64,000 bases of DNA from Harriotta raleighana (Eukaryota), in the NCBI GenBank assembly GCA_050575255.1, contig JBNZDD010013732.1:22066564-22130563 (forward strand), read 5' to 3'. Within the stretch, counting starts at the first letter, position 1. Every line of letters begins with the position of its first letter. The position numbers and the translations under genes are program-made. A model generated the notes under the pieces. The model searched no databases. It was not told the DNA's origin and was given only the letters and a program-made list of their open reading frames with translations. Positions 1-13,400 of this stretch are shown one piece after another.

Positions 1-218
1 TGTGGGAGAAACACAGCAACCAATTGCGCACAGCAGTGTCCCACAAACAGTTGATGATTGAAATGAACAATTTATTATTGTTTTTCTTTGGAGGGATTAT
101 TATCAGGCGTGTGGAGAAACAAAACTGGCCCAAGGTTTCTCCCTGACCTGCCTGGGAATCAAACCCAGGTCTCTAGCTTGTGAGGCGAGTGCTCTAACCA
201 CTGAGCTACAGAACTCCA
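1..218 (-). mobile_element. tRNA-derived Deu-domain SINE (5' part, cut by window edge)
   Basis: Reverse complement gives a TAGCTCAGTGG A-box, a GGTTTGATTCC B-box and the body gtttgtgggacactgctgtgcgcaattgg; homologous to copies at 19003 and 37822. Confidence 0.85.
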
Positions 219-307
219 CTAAAATCTTCATAAAACATGAAGTGATAAGTGCAATCTAATGCTGACTATTCAAATTTGCAATTATTATATTAAAAAAACT
301 TCAATAG

Positions 308-547
<240 letters not shown>

Positions 548-2109
548 TAATATATTTTACTTACCAGGGCTGTTTGTTGGGTGTTTTTGCTTTCACTTGT
601 GCAATCCATAAATGAGTCTCAGTATGAATTATACACCACAATATAGCTGTGTTTTTTTTATCATTTCCATAGACAAAGATCCAAAAATAAGGGTAATGCA
701 AGATTAAGTATGCTATTAATAGAATTATTTTTGACCTTGACGTTCAATCTCTAATGGTTAGTAATTATGTTTGAGTCACCAGATGATTTCACCAGGTATT
801 TGACCAAGGTTAACCAACAAAGAGATGCTCATCAGAAAGGAAAAACCATTATTATTTCCTGATAGCTCTGGGAGTTTCAAGGAAAGTTCATCAAGAGTTT
901 CAAATGTAATGTAACTGACTGCTAGTGAACGAGATATTGGTTAATAATAAGAATTTAAAAATTGTTTGAGAGATCAGTATGACTGGACCCACTACTTTTG
1001 ATGTCAGCTTTTCATAGGACAATTATCATAGCATGCGTTTCTAGGATCGATCTACTCATTCTGTCAAAAGATAACTTGGCGAATAGCTACAATATAGCTG
1101 AAAGGGTTGCATGTAAGATATTGATGATAGCTTTTTATTTTAAAAAAGTTTGCTTAATTATTTGCTTTTGCAAAAGATGTGCAATAAGGATTATATTATG
1201 TACATTATATTATGTAGGCAAATGTTTAGATTGACTGAAATCAATGAAGGTGTTCAAAATGACGGAGTGACAGTGAGGAATTTCAGAATGACTCAGATCC
1301 TACTAAATAGCTGTATTTTTTATTTAGGACAGCTGTTGGTTGGTTGGTAAAATGATTTAAAGCATATTCATCAAAAAAGTACCACTATGATTCTCGTAAC
1401 TATGTACAGCAAGTAATGTTTGGAATTGCCTTGATGCAGTTGTGTATCCTTGCACTACACATCTTTACAACACATCATTGACATCATTATAAGCCTTCCT
1501 CACGCAACACTGCACTTCATATTTCTGCACAGCAAAATGCATTGAATAAACTTGACACCGAATAAGATATTTATATGAACTTCTCTGGGACACGATAACA
1601 CAGTTGTTTCCACTGTATTTAAAATTCCAGACCAATCTCAGGCCAAAATAAGTGGGAAATATTCAGCTTCTTAAAATAATTTGCTATCACTGTGTAAAAT
1701 AACAAAACATGTAAAGCTATTTGTTACTATTTTAAGAGCTCAAACCAGATTAGAAAGACTGGATTTTAGTAATAATCCTGTGAAGTCCTTTGAGATTTTT
1801 GACAATGGTTTCAACAATGTGATGAGGCGCCACATCAAATACAAGGATTATTTTTGTTATTTGGGGTAGTGGGCAGGAAAAAAAGAACTTTTTCAAAGTA
1901 GGTTAGGCAGAATATATGATATGGATTAATGCTTGGATAGGTTGCTTTGTTACCTGATTCCTTGCACTTTTTAATTGGACTTTGTTTCTGTCAACATGTT
2001 AAAAGTAGATTTCAGAACTGTAAATCAGTGACATGAGCACCATGGCTTGTTGCTAAGTTTTGTGACACTACCTTCTTTTTACAGTCCTGTACAACTTTAA
2101 ATGTTTAGT

Positions 2110-2320
2110 CAACCTGGCTCAGTTGGTATTGCTCTCGCCTTCCCGCCAGAAGAATGTCGGTTCTGACAATGAAATTGGAGGTTGTGCTAATAAAATTGGT
2201 CATTCAATTCATGGTTGTTTATGGGATATTGTGTGCAAATTGACTGTCGTGGTGCTTGCATAATACACTTTGCAATAAATCCTGTGAACTGCTTCGAGAT
2301 GTTGTTCTGACGTGAACACA
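2110..2320 (+). mobile_element. Old degenerate Deu-type SINE
   Basis: ggctcagttggtattgctctcgcc head, ttgtttatgggatattgtgtgcaaattgactg Deu-like body, tgtgaactgcttcgagatg tail. Confidence 0.55.
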
Positions 2321-5272
2321 AAAATCAAATATTGGGTCATTTCCAGCAATCGTGAAGACTTTTTGAACCTCAAATAGGTCAGATATCTTTGGAGCATTCT
2401 CGAAGAGGACACTGGCCCAAATTAGGTTTAATTGTCCCGTATAATTTTTGCCCATTGAAAAGAGGTGAGAGGTATTACATTTTTTGTTAAAAAACTGGTT
2501 CGGTTTTAAGTTTTTGGCATTATCAATCAAAAAAAAATGTTCTTAACCTCTCTTATTTCTCTGCCCCTTTCTCAGAGGGTAAGCAAGACATGTACATGTG
2601 CTCCTCGTTTCCAGCAATGCCAGTTTAACCATTGACCAATACTAAAATTCATGCTTGGTTATCCCTTCCTATGGTGGAAAACATGACGCCAGCTTGGTGC
2701 CTTCTGATGGCTGACTGTTCAGAAAGAATCTGGAGCTCACATAGTCACGTTGTTACAACTTCATGGCACAGAAAGCTGAAGCTTTAGTGCTTTGTTCCAT
2801 GGTATTATTTACCATTGCCGTTTCATTACAAAAACTTCTTTCCCATTTTTGGCCTTGTGGAGGCCTCTGCTACTATACACTACGCAGCAATATAAATAAC
2901 TGATTTCAGCTACCATTGCTGCCTCTACTGTTTTGTTATCAGGCTTTGAGGATCCTGTCTTAGATAACTTATAGGAGTTGCTCCTTTTCAAGTTAGCTCT
3001 TTGACCTCAATATCAACTTCAATATGAATTTTTTTATTACAACAAGAACATTAAACTTTAGTGAATTTAATTACATATTGTGTGACATGACAAGCACAGG
3101 GTTTGAGTGAAAAGAGTCTTAAGAGGTTATAATGAAGCAATAACCTAAATTAATACAAATCATTGTCTTAAAAATGTAGGAAAAGTATTCTCTCTGGTGA
3201 CTGTTTCAACCAGAGGCAATCATTTTTATATTTCTTCTCCTTTTGGAGCTGCAATATTCTTTAATTGCTCACATTGTAAATTAAGAGCCGTTGCTTTAGC
3301 TCCTCTGACTGCTTTGCCATGTAAATGTATACGTAATTAGGGATGAAAGCATTCTGTGGTATTTACAATTTTCCAGTGCTATAGCGACGGTTAATGTGAC
3401 TGACCTCAATTGAGGCATCGGCCTCTGCTAATATAATTCTAAATATTGCCCTCAGGCACGGCAGTGGTGATGCGTGCATTGTTAACTTTAACAATATTAA
3501 ATGCTTGCATTATACGAGCAATTGCTTCTCCTTTATGTAATGCCTTCAGCTTTGATTAAACTGCTGTGCTTTGCTTTGGCAATGTGAGCTGTACAATAAA
3601 ACTTTCCACAGAAATTTGGCTTGTAGTTTTTAATTTTAAAGAAAACTTTCCATGAGCCAAAATTCACTGGAAAGTTTTAAACACAGTTGTCTGTGTTGCC
3701 AACTATCACAATTTGTAAAGTTTGTGGTTTTCAGTCCACTCATAACCATCAGCAGTAGGTATGAAGATGCTCGAGCCACTGCTGACAGTGAACTCTTGAG
3801 GCCGGTTTTGTGCCATCTGTGCCCGAGCAACTGGGTTTGGGATTTGAGGGAGTGGACATGACCGTTTTACCAGGGGGAGCAGGTAGTCTTGGAGACAGAC
3901 CTAGTTTTCAGTGACACAGGGAATTGAAAGTTGAGAGGTGATTGTTTAGCATCTTGTTGGCTGTTTCTGGACTGAGGGGTAGGGATGTAGCTTTTTTGTG
4001 TGGAGAAAACATTTGAGTTGAGTATTCTGTATCTTAAACCTGGTCTGTTGCCCTTCATGCCTTCCTCTGCTTCTTGGTATCAGAGAAGAATTAATGTTAA
4101 ACATGTTTATCAGAACAATAACAATCCATAGAAGTGCCCCACCTTTGTGTCAACATGCATCTTCGTGCATGAATAGACTTGCTGGATGGATCATAGGTCT
4201 CTGTGCAGTACTTTGATGTGCAAGAGCTTTGTATGAGGTGGCCTTTGGGCAGTGTGAAAGAGTCTGTCATCTCTCATTTATGTGAACTGAGATTCATTGT
4301 GTTTTTTTTACATGGTTGAGTTATTTAAATTACCCCAGTGGTCATATCTGACCTATGGAATTCTTTATAAATCAACCAAGCTTTACTTTAACCATCAATT
4401 GATTGTCCACGAGTAGTGTTTTGCATATTCAAATGAGAAGGACAATTTAATTAGATTGAATTTATTAGTAGCTTGCAGTTTACACAATCAATTTACAGAA
4501 TTTCTTAAAATTCTAAAGTGATGTATTTTTCACTGTGTATCAAATGTGCACACAGTAAGAAAAGGCCTTTCTTCCTGTCTATCTCACCCTGCATTCAGAA
4601 ACTACATTTAGACTACTTTCATTCCCAAATCTGCCCTGACACTGAGCCCACTTCTCGCTAATCTGTAATATTTGGCAAGATTTTCTAAACTGTTCAAAAT
4701 CTCTTGGATTGATGTGTGGCTCAGAACTGTTTTCACTTTTGAATGGAATTTTAGGTTTTGCAATGAGTAAATGCTTTATGGCAGTAGTTTTTTCCCCCCT
4801 CTCTCCTTTCAAGAGCAAAGGCCCTGATCCTTGTTTCATATAATCCCTGCCAGTATTCCACAAACACCAAAACACAAGCAATGACCAAAAGGGATTGTGT
4901 TGTGAATTAGATTGAGCAGCTAACCTCAATCATAGCTTCCTATATGGAATCCAATTGAATTTTTGTGAAAACACTGATTTAGGCTAACCTGGTCAAGCTT
5001 ATACCAATCAGCAGAACCCAAGAGTATGGTGCTATTTTTGAAAAAAATCCTGTTCTGTTTTGAAACCCGATCCTGTATTTTAGCTCCTTCACAGCTGTTT
5101 TAAGAATAAATTGAATATATCAAGCAGGATGAATCAACCACCACTCTCGTTATGTAATGGAGCAATGCCTAGGTTAATTGGCTTCAGTAAGCAGTGTCTC
5201 TGTATTTCTATATTGTGTTATTTTCCTCAATTGCGGCAGAACTTTATAATTAACTGCTCATTTCTTTTGCAG

Positions 5273-5308
5273 GAGGCTGCCACTTTTGCTGAAGAGCAAG
5301 GCTTTGAG
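5273..5308 (+). CDS. ADK: Adenosine kinase, 36-bp exon
   Basis: tttcttttgcag|GAG...GAG|gtaagt; encodes EAATFAEEQGFE, completing the NxxE motif across the junction; phase 0/0. Confidence 0.95.
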
Positions 5309-7084
5309 GTAAGTTGACCCTCAATTGCACACTAAACAGATCCTAAAGGATTTTGCTGATAATGAAGTTCGTTGGACAGTGATTGATGTGCTATTATACT
5401 CTCCAGTCCTTGCAATTGTTGCTATGGTTACTTGGCAGTCATCCTGGTTTCTTTGTTCTTCCAGCATGATGTATGACGCACTGTGCTAGGCCTGCACCCA
5501 ACATCGCTTACAGATGTTATTTATTGAATTTTGAAAAGGCTCTTGGGAAGCTAAGAGCTTGAGCACTGGTTAAGGCTTCCTTTACAGACAATGTGTCTGT
5601 CGTTTTGTCTGTGAAATAGCAACTTCTTTCACTTCATTTTAATGTGAAAAGATTCTTACTCGGGTAGAGCAATTTGCAGTCCATAGTGAAAGACAACTCA
5701 ATACTAATGACTGACTTGCTATTTAATACAATCCTGAAATGTTATGACTGGTTCTCTAAGAATGCACATAAAGCATTTTTGAGGCATTATACTGCTATGT
5801 GAGATTTCTACCTTTTTGATGGTTATTCAAAATGAAATCATCCAGTGGTTATTTGTGGTGCTTATTTTGAGCATTTAATCCACATATTGCCCTAATCAGT
5901 GATACATTCAACTACAGGTAGCAGAACATATGCAGCTGTGAATTTCATTAGCTTGAGGCTGAATGTAATTAGCAATAAAATTATTAGTCCTCCCATGATA
6001 AATTGCCATAACTTTTGATTGAGCAGAAAACTGGAAAGAATTTAACAATAAACCACAGGCACTCACTAATTTTACATTTGTAAAAATATTGTATTTTTCA
6101 AGTGTTTTCATGTATTTTATTTTCATTTTTGAAAAGTAAAGTGTGTGTTTTCTGACTTTAATAAATTAAGTGCTTTTATAGTCAAGTGCTTGGTTTTCCA
6201 CTGAAACTAAATATATGATACATTTGCATTTTTTTTAAAAACTATTGCACAATTAACAAATTCATGTTGCTATTTGGGATCATTGCAGAAAGCAAGAACT
6301 TAACAAAAACTTGCTAATATTGAAGAAAATAAGAGTAAATGTTTCGTACAGTTTTATACACCTGTTCTGAGGGTGAGCTATTTGGGAGCATTGGGTCCTA
6401 TCATGTAAATGTCGCCTTCCCAGTGGTGTATTATTTAAATTAATACCCAAAGATTAGTAAATTAACCTTGACAGACTAATGAAATCATGTGCAACAGTTG
6501 GTGATGTTTGCTGTTAAAGAGTGTCAAAGACCAATAGACTGGAATGATTAATATTAGGAGGGAAATGATCAGGAGACTCTTAATGTCCAACAGATAACGT
6601 TTGCTTGGTGAAAATTAGCACATAGAATTATGTTGATAAAGAAATTCAGTTAAAGGGAAAAGACTGAAATATCTGATCAATGATATTAACCCTTGATCAA
6701 ATTTGGTAACTTCTGCACCACTGTTCAAATAAACATGAGAAATTGTACTGATCTTATTAAAAAAAAATGTTTTTCCCATGAAAGAACAAACATTTTTAAG
6801 AGAGTCTGTATTGTACCCTGGCAAATCTTTCCTCTTCAATTTTAACATGTCAAACAAATTGTCACCATTTCAATAGCCTTATAATTGAACACATAGCCTT
6901 GCAGGTAAATAAGAAAAGTGCTTTATAATCACCCAGTGCCTCCCAACAGAATATGAGTATTCAAGTTTGAATCCCACCTGAACAGATATTCCAACTCGTC
7001 ACGATGAGTGGTGCTCATGGGCAAAGTGGGTGGGTCTTCAGAAAGTATTCTTGCCATAAAAGCACATCTTCCATTAATGCATAG

Positions 7085-7160
7085 CAATACTGCCTTGGGA
7101 CGTCCTCCGAATATGAAAGGTGCTCTGGAAATGTAATTTTCTTGTATTTTGTTGTTGACT
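7085..7160 (+). mobile_element. L2-type LINE/SINE 3' end fragment
   Basis: gccttgggacgtcctccgaatatgaaaggtgct...tgtaatttt..ttgttgttg; similar ends at 20015, 44190 and, reversed, at 22810, 44270, 53940. Confidence 0.6.
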
Positions 7161-7572
7161 GTAACCAGATAGATGGCGGGTTGTACCTGTTGGGTATGCA
7201 TGAAACTCCTACATCCAATGCAGGAGAATTGCAATTAATGTTTAAGTGGAGAGAGAGATGGTCAATCCATCCATTTACAAGTTACTGTGATATCTTATAT
7301 TTGTGGAGTGTATGTTTGTAGAAATCCTTTCAGCTAAAATCATGTCGTTAATAATATGGTAGCTATTCATTCTAGTATTCTTCCTTGCTATAGAAGCCTC
7401 AGCATGTTTTCTCATTAGATTATAAACAATCACCATAGCAATGTGCACCATCTGTATGACCCAGAATTATTTATCTTCGACATTATAATGTAGAAGGACT
7501 GAATTGAGTTCCCAAATTAGTCCCAATGTTTTTTAATAAAATATTACATAACCCTATTTGTATTTTTGCTAA

Positions 7573-7719
<147 letters not shown>

Positions 7720-10702
7720 TAACTAACTTAGATTTTTTATTCTGGAACAAGAATGTGGTTTGCATGGCTAACCTCATGTTAAAAGAATGCTGATTGTGAA
7801 GTGGAGAGAAACAGGAATGCAGCAGTGTCAAACAATGTAGCAAAAACAGTCATGATTAATGTTGAAAGAATTATGCCCCAGGATCAGCTTTTTTAAAAAA
7901 AAAGAAATAGTACTGCCGTGCTTCAATATTTTTTATTCACAATGGCAAAATGGATGTCAATAATAAAATACAATTAAAGATTTTTTTCCCCCCCACAAGG
8001 CAACACACTTAATACCACATGATCCTTCATTTTGTCTGTAATTCTTACAGTCATCGAGGTGCAATCATTCTCCTAGCTTTGAGTGTCATGTTAAGTTATT
8101 TAATAATGATTAAGGACATAAAAATGCTTGGCCTGCAGGGCAATCTCAATAGAGATACCAATTTATTAGTTATTTTTTTCAAATTTTAGATGAGGCTTCC
8201 TTGCCAGCTGGCATTAAACTGCTTAATGAACGCAAGGAGAAGAGTGTTCTCTTTAATTTAACATCCAGTGACACCACAGACCCGCACAGGGCACAACTAA
8301 CAGACTTATTAAACCACTAATTAGGCTCATTGTGCTCTGAACCTTAACGGTGTAGACGGCCGATAAATGATCACTGGTAAGGTTGCTCGATTTTTACAGC
8401 TGATCCATATGAGGTAACAGACCTTAATTTCTTTATGGCTTATAGCCTTAAGTCATTAAACCTTAACAATGTGTTATTTGTGTCTTCCACTGAATTGGAC
8501 TGACATGATTTTAAAACAGCTTCTGTGTGAAATGAGTTAGGTAATAAAGATATATGCACACGGCTTTGGATGCTTGGTGGAAGTCAAGTCAGCAAAATAA
8601 ATTTTCTTTCAGATGCAATGGCTCTTCTGTAGGTTTGTTTTAACAGTCTCTGAATGATCTTTGTAGTTTGACTAATGTGTCGTATAATATAAGGTGTAAT
8701 AGATTGGATTTTGCAAACTTTTCTAACTACAGATGTAGAATATTTAATACAATGTGGAAAGTTGTAAATTGTTTTCTATGAATAAAATGAACACGTTCAG
8801 AAACCAGGTTTGACCTTCCCTTCAAATTTGTTTGTTCCCAAAGGCATACTGATTGTATAGCATAAATGTAAACTGTTTGCAAAGAGAAACTAATGGAAGT
8901 TACATTCATGTGTTCATTTGAACTGAAACAAAGATAGCAAATAAAATAGTTCATTCTATGATGTTATTTGAATATTGAAGGATCAGATTTGCTCAGCACC
9001 AAATAAAATGATCATCTAAATTATAATTTTGTTGTCCCAGTACTTCAAACCAGTTGAGATTTATTACCATGATTGGGCAGGGGGAAAGCTTCTATGATAA
9101 ATAAAATTGAGAGGATTGGGTTTATTCAAAAGAATCTTTGCCATTTCAATTCGAATTCTGTTTTGTTTCATTGTCAAAATTAGTCAAAAGTGGGCTGTCT
9201 CCCACACTTTCCAGTAATGACATTTGTGATGCAAATGAATTGGGAGATATTCTTCCTGGGTCTAGATTTCCTGTGTTTATTTAGCGTTTTAGAGTCTTCA
9301 ATAATTGGGAAGTTGTTGAATTCTTGAAGAATTTAAAGAAAGTTGGCTTCACAATTATGACTATGCAAGAATTTGCCAAATTTTGGGCATTGCAAAGTAT
9401 TACATAACTGGAGTCAATCTGGAAGCAGTTGGAATTTCTCTCTTTTTTAAAAAAAAAGTATGAATTGTAAAGCATACAATACCTGTGAATACGGGCAAAT
9501 TCAAAAGACATTTTTCTCAGATTTTTTTGTGGGGGGTGGGGGGAAGCTCGAATGGAAAAGTCACTATCATATATAGAATAGATTAAGATAATATTAATCC
9601 TTGGAATTGTTTTAGAGGGTTATCACGACGTCAAGAAGTCTCCAAGGATTCACAGGATAGACCATGAGAATTCAAGTCCCGAAGCGTTGCTTGAATTCAC
9701 AACCTTCTAAGACGGAGGCGAGAGTGCTCTTGACATATAAAATTTTAATGCAGTTATGAGCATTTTCATCTCTGGGTCAGAAGGTTGTGTGTTGTACCCT
9801 ATCTCAGACATGCACAGTGGACCAAATGTCCTTTTCCTGTGCAGAATATTTATAGTTTTATGTTAGATTTCAGCTCAACAGTGCAATACTCAGACATCAT
9901 GGGATTGTCAGACGACCATCTTTTGAATCATAGGTTGTACTGAAGCTCCTGCATGCCTGAGCTCAGGTGTTAAAGGTCATTTCATTCTTTGGTAGATTCC
10001 TTCTTAGGCAGTGATCCTACAAGACATTGGAGGTTGGGATAAAATATGAGTGTGTTGAGGGGGAAAATCAACCAGTTTTCTCTTCCTGATTACAGTCAGT
10101 GACTCACTAACTCAAAAGTGAGTGTCTTAAGTTTTGGGTGAGGACAGTCTGCTAACTGGGTTGCCTCTATAGTAGTAAATCCTGCCAGGCATATTGTTTG
10201 AGCTTGTGCATATAAAGAATAGACTCTTCAGTAAGTTGCTGGAGGGTCACAGTGGCTCAAGAACAATATTGTAGAATGTATTTGCATCTTCGAAAGAACA
10301 GAAGTAATCACGAGAAAAGGATAAATCCCGAAAGTGTCTTATTTTTTCAAGTTTGTTATTTTATTTGTTGCATGTATTTAGGAATAATAGTTAGACAATC
10401 AAGATAAGTTTCCTTGTTTTTCTACCAAGTGACACTGTCACGTATTGGAAAGTGAAAACAGTACAATATTATTGCTGAAAGCAATAAGACTATCATATGG
10501 TGGCATGATGAAACTGCTGTGGCATAAAGTACGATTTGATGCAAGAAGAGAGAGAGTGGGGTGAGGAGGTCAGATAATTTAGTGAGCAAAGCTTTCCTGG
10601 GCAACATATTCCTCTTCCAAGCAAGGTCGTGAATTAAATATTTGATTTAAATAATTACTTTTATTATAAATTTAACTTTTTTATATAAGTAACAATCCTT
10701 AC

Positions 10703-10766
10703 TGTGTGTGTGTGTGTGTGTGTATCTATATATATATATATATATATATACATATAGATACACACA
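10703..10766. repeat. Compound (TG)n-(TA)n microsatellite
   Basis: Visible directly in the sequence. Confidence 0.9.
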
Positions 10767-13074
10767 TTATATATAAGTTGAAGCACAAAACCTAGAACAT
10801 TGTTGGAGGTTAGTAATATATTGGAGGAGAGAAAAGTCCACAAGTAAATTTTAGGTCACTTGAGAGATGCAGTACTTGGAATTTAGTGAGTTAATGATAC
10901 GAGACTAATAACAAATGATATCCTTTCAGTGTGAAAATGTAATGAGCATGGAATATAGAAATTGTGGCAATACTTAAACTACGACCTGGATAACAATCCA
11001 AGATCAGCACCTCAAGGTTTTCAAAGGTGAATTGTATTGTTGAGTTTATGTAGTACATGTTTCAAGTGGGGTTGCTCTACAGTAGAAACTGATTCTATTT
11101 GCATATGTGTATACAGTACATATACTGTATATATTTCCACATGTGGAAAGTGATTTGTATCTTAAGCCTTGTTTACTGCTGGCAGCAGAGAAAAGGGCAC
11201 AGTTGCAGCATTTGGTACCAGGGGAGAGAGAGCTGTAGACAAAACAGAGGGAGGAAATGCAATATTTTCATTGGCAAGTTGCATATCCCAATTAATACCA
11301 ATATAAAACTCCTTGCGTGTCTCATATATTTCTTATTTACTGATCTGTATAAATTAGCCCAAATGTGCTGATTTCAGGGCATTACATTTTTTAAGTATAA
11401 TTCAACATCCAAAGTGCAGCATAGCCAAGTTGTAAAACACCTTAGAAATATGTAACCCCATCGAGCCACTATTCAAGAGTGGTGGGTGTGCAGAGAGGCA
11501 ATACTGCTATTAACTTTTATGAATACTATTTTACCTCTTAAGCAACTTATTCTTTGTATGAGGATTGTATTGTTTTGCCAGTTGATGTGTTGCTTTTGAT
11601 TTTTCCTTTTAGTAAGGAGGTGCATATTATGTTTGTGAAAAATGCTTGCTGCCTATGATGGCTTTTTGGCTGAGCTATGAGGCTATGCCAACTGCTTGTG
11701 TTTTTGTAATTGAATATTTGTCATTGTTTAGATGATTGAATATTTGGAGCTGGAGCTTGTTCAGCACAATGCCAGCAAGCTCATACTGAACATAGTTAAT
11801 CGGTGGAGGGTTAACTGTGAACTGCAGCTCAGCTGGATTACATACATTACCCAATACATGTTTTTCTCCAGCAAAGTACTCAAAATATGTCATAGTGTTT
11901 TGTTTGTTTTGATATTGCAATAAACTCAGTGGTTGTGCAATAGGATTAAGCTACCAAATGAAATGTCAGTGCCATCTGGCTATGTGTAGTAATTTTATGA
12001 AGCCAGCAATTGCTCAATTACTGAATAAATTATCTAATATATTAGCACAACCCTACTAGAATACAGCATGGGATAAAGTGATTTGGAAATGAGGGAACTA
12101 GTTAATGCATTAATTTGTGCCATAATAGCTTTCCAAAAAACATTTCACTGATTGATTGAGAATGAGAAGCAGTATGGCACAATAATACCAAACTCTCAAC
12201 TGCAAAGTAACGATGGCTTAAGGTTTAGGAGGATGTGAGGTGACCTCCTCCACAAAGAAACAATGAGTGGTAAGACCTAAAGAAGGGAAGAAATGTGAAT
12301 AATGAATGTGGAGATGTTTTTGAAAGAAATCTATTCAAATAGAGGTACTGTATGTTGCTCCAATCTGTATTTGAAATGGTACTTATATCATGAGCAAGCA
12401 CAGCAGTCTCAAGAAACTGGTTCCATTCAACTGGTGCCCGAAGATCCAATTTGTGAAGGGGGGCAACTGTAATTGAGAAACAAGATGCCCAATAACTTTC
12501 AAATTGATTTTATAAATGGAGGAAAGAACAACACTTTTCACAGAGCACTATCTAGTTCAACCAATTTAATACTGAATGATCTGTACCATTGACATTTTTT
12601 TGCTTTCATTTTTTGTGCAAATCCATTTTTAGTTCTTGTAGTTTAGATATTTTTTGTAAGTGCTGTTTCACCATTCAGCATAGCCCCCCTCATTTCAAGC
12701 TTCTTTTATTGATAATCATGTCAAATGGAAGCAACCACAGAACACAATGCAAGGTTATGAGAACCACCCGAGGGCATTCTGCACCATTAAACATCAAAGT
12801 GGTGTGCAAGAACATGAAAGTTCATTTATGTTTGCTGTGTGTTTTTTATACATAGAAGTTTTCTCTAACCTGCCAGCTTTCTCTAGATCTATATCGGTCC
12901 CATGCTTGAACTATAAATAATTATACATGCCTGATCTATGTTTTTGAAGAAGGGGAGATAGTAAAAACTGCTGTTAAAACATTTTTACACCTAAATAAAA
13001 TGTGAAACTTAATTTTGTATCACAAATATTACTGTGCAAAAATCAGCCTAAACTGACCTAGTTTGGATCAGTTG

Positions 13075-13400
13075 ATATCAGTTGGTAGCACTCTCGTCTC
13101 TGGGTCAGAAGGTCATGGGTTCATCCACCACACCAGGAATGTTGCATTGTTGGAGGTGCCTTCCATTGTGTGCACGTAAAATCTTTCTGTCTGCTTGTTC
13201 AGTGAGTGCTGCCACTATTTTTAAGAAAAGCGGGAAATTATTTTGGTGTCCTTCCAATATTCCTCTCTAAAATCAGGTTAAACATAGGCATTCATCTCTC
13301 TGCTCTTTGTGGGATGTTGCTACCTTAAATTAACTGCTGCTTTGTCTCCATCATAATATTGTGAAGCACTTTGAGACATTTCTGCCAACTATGCTATATT
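13075..13400 (+). mobile_element. Old Deu-type SINE (AmnSINE/SacSINE-like)
   Basis: tcagttggtagcactctcgtctctgggtcagaaggtcatgggttc head; ctttgtgggatgttgct...aaattaactgctg Deu body; tgtgaagcactttgagacatt tail. Confidence 0.65.
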
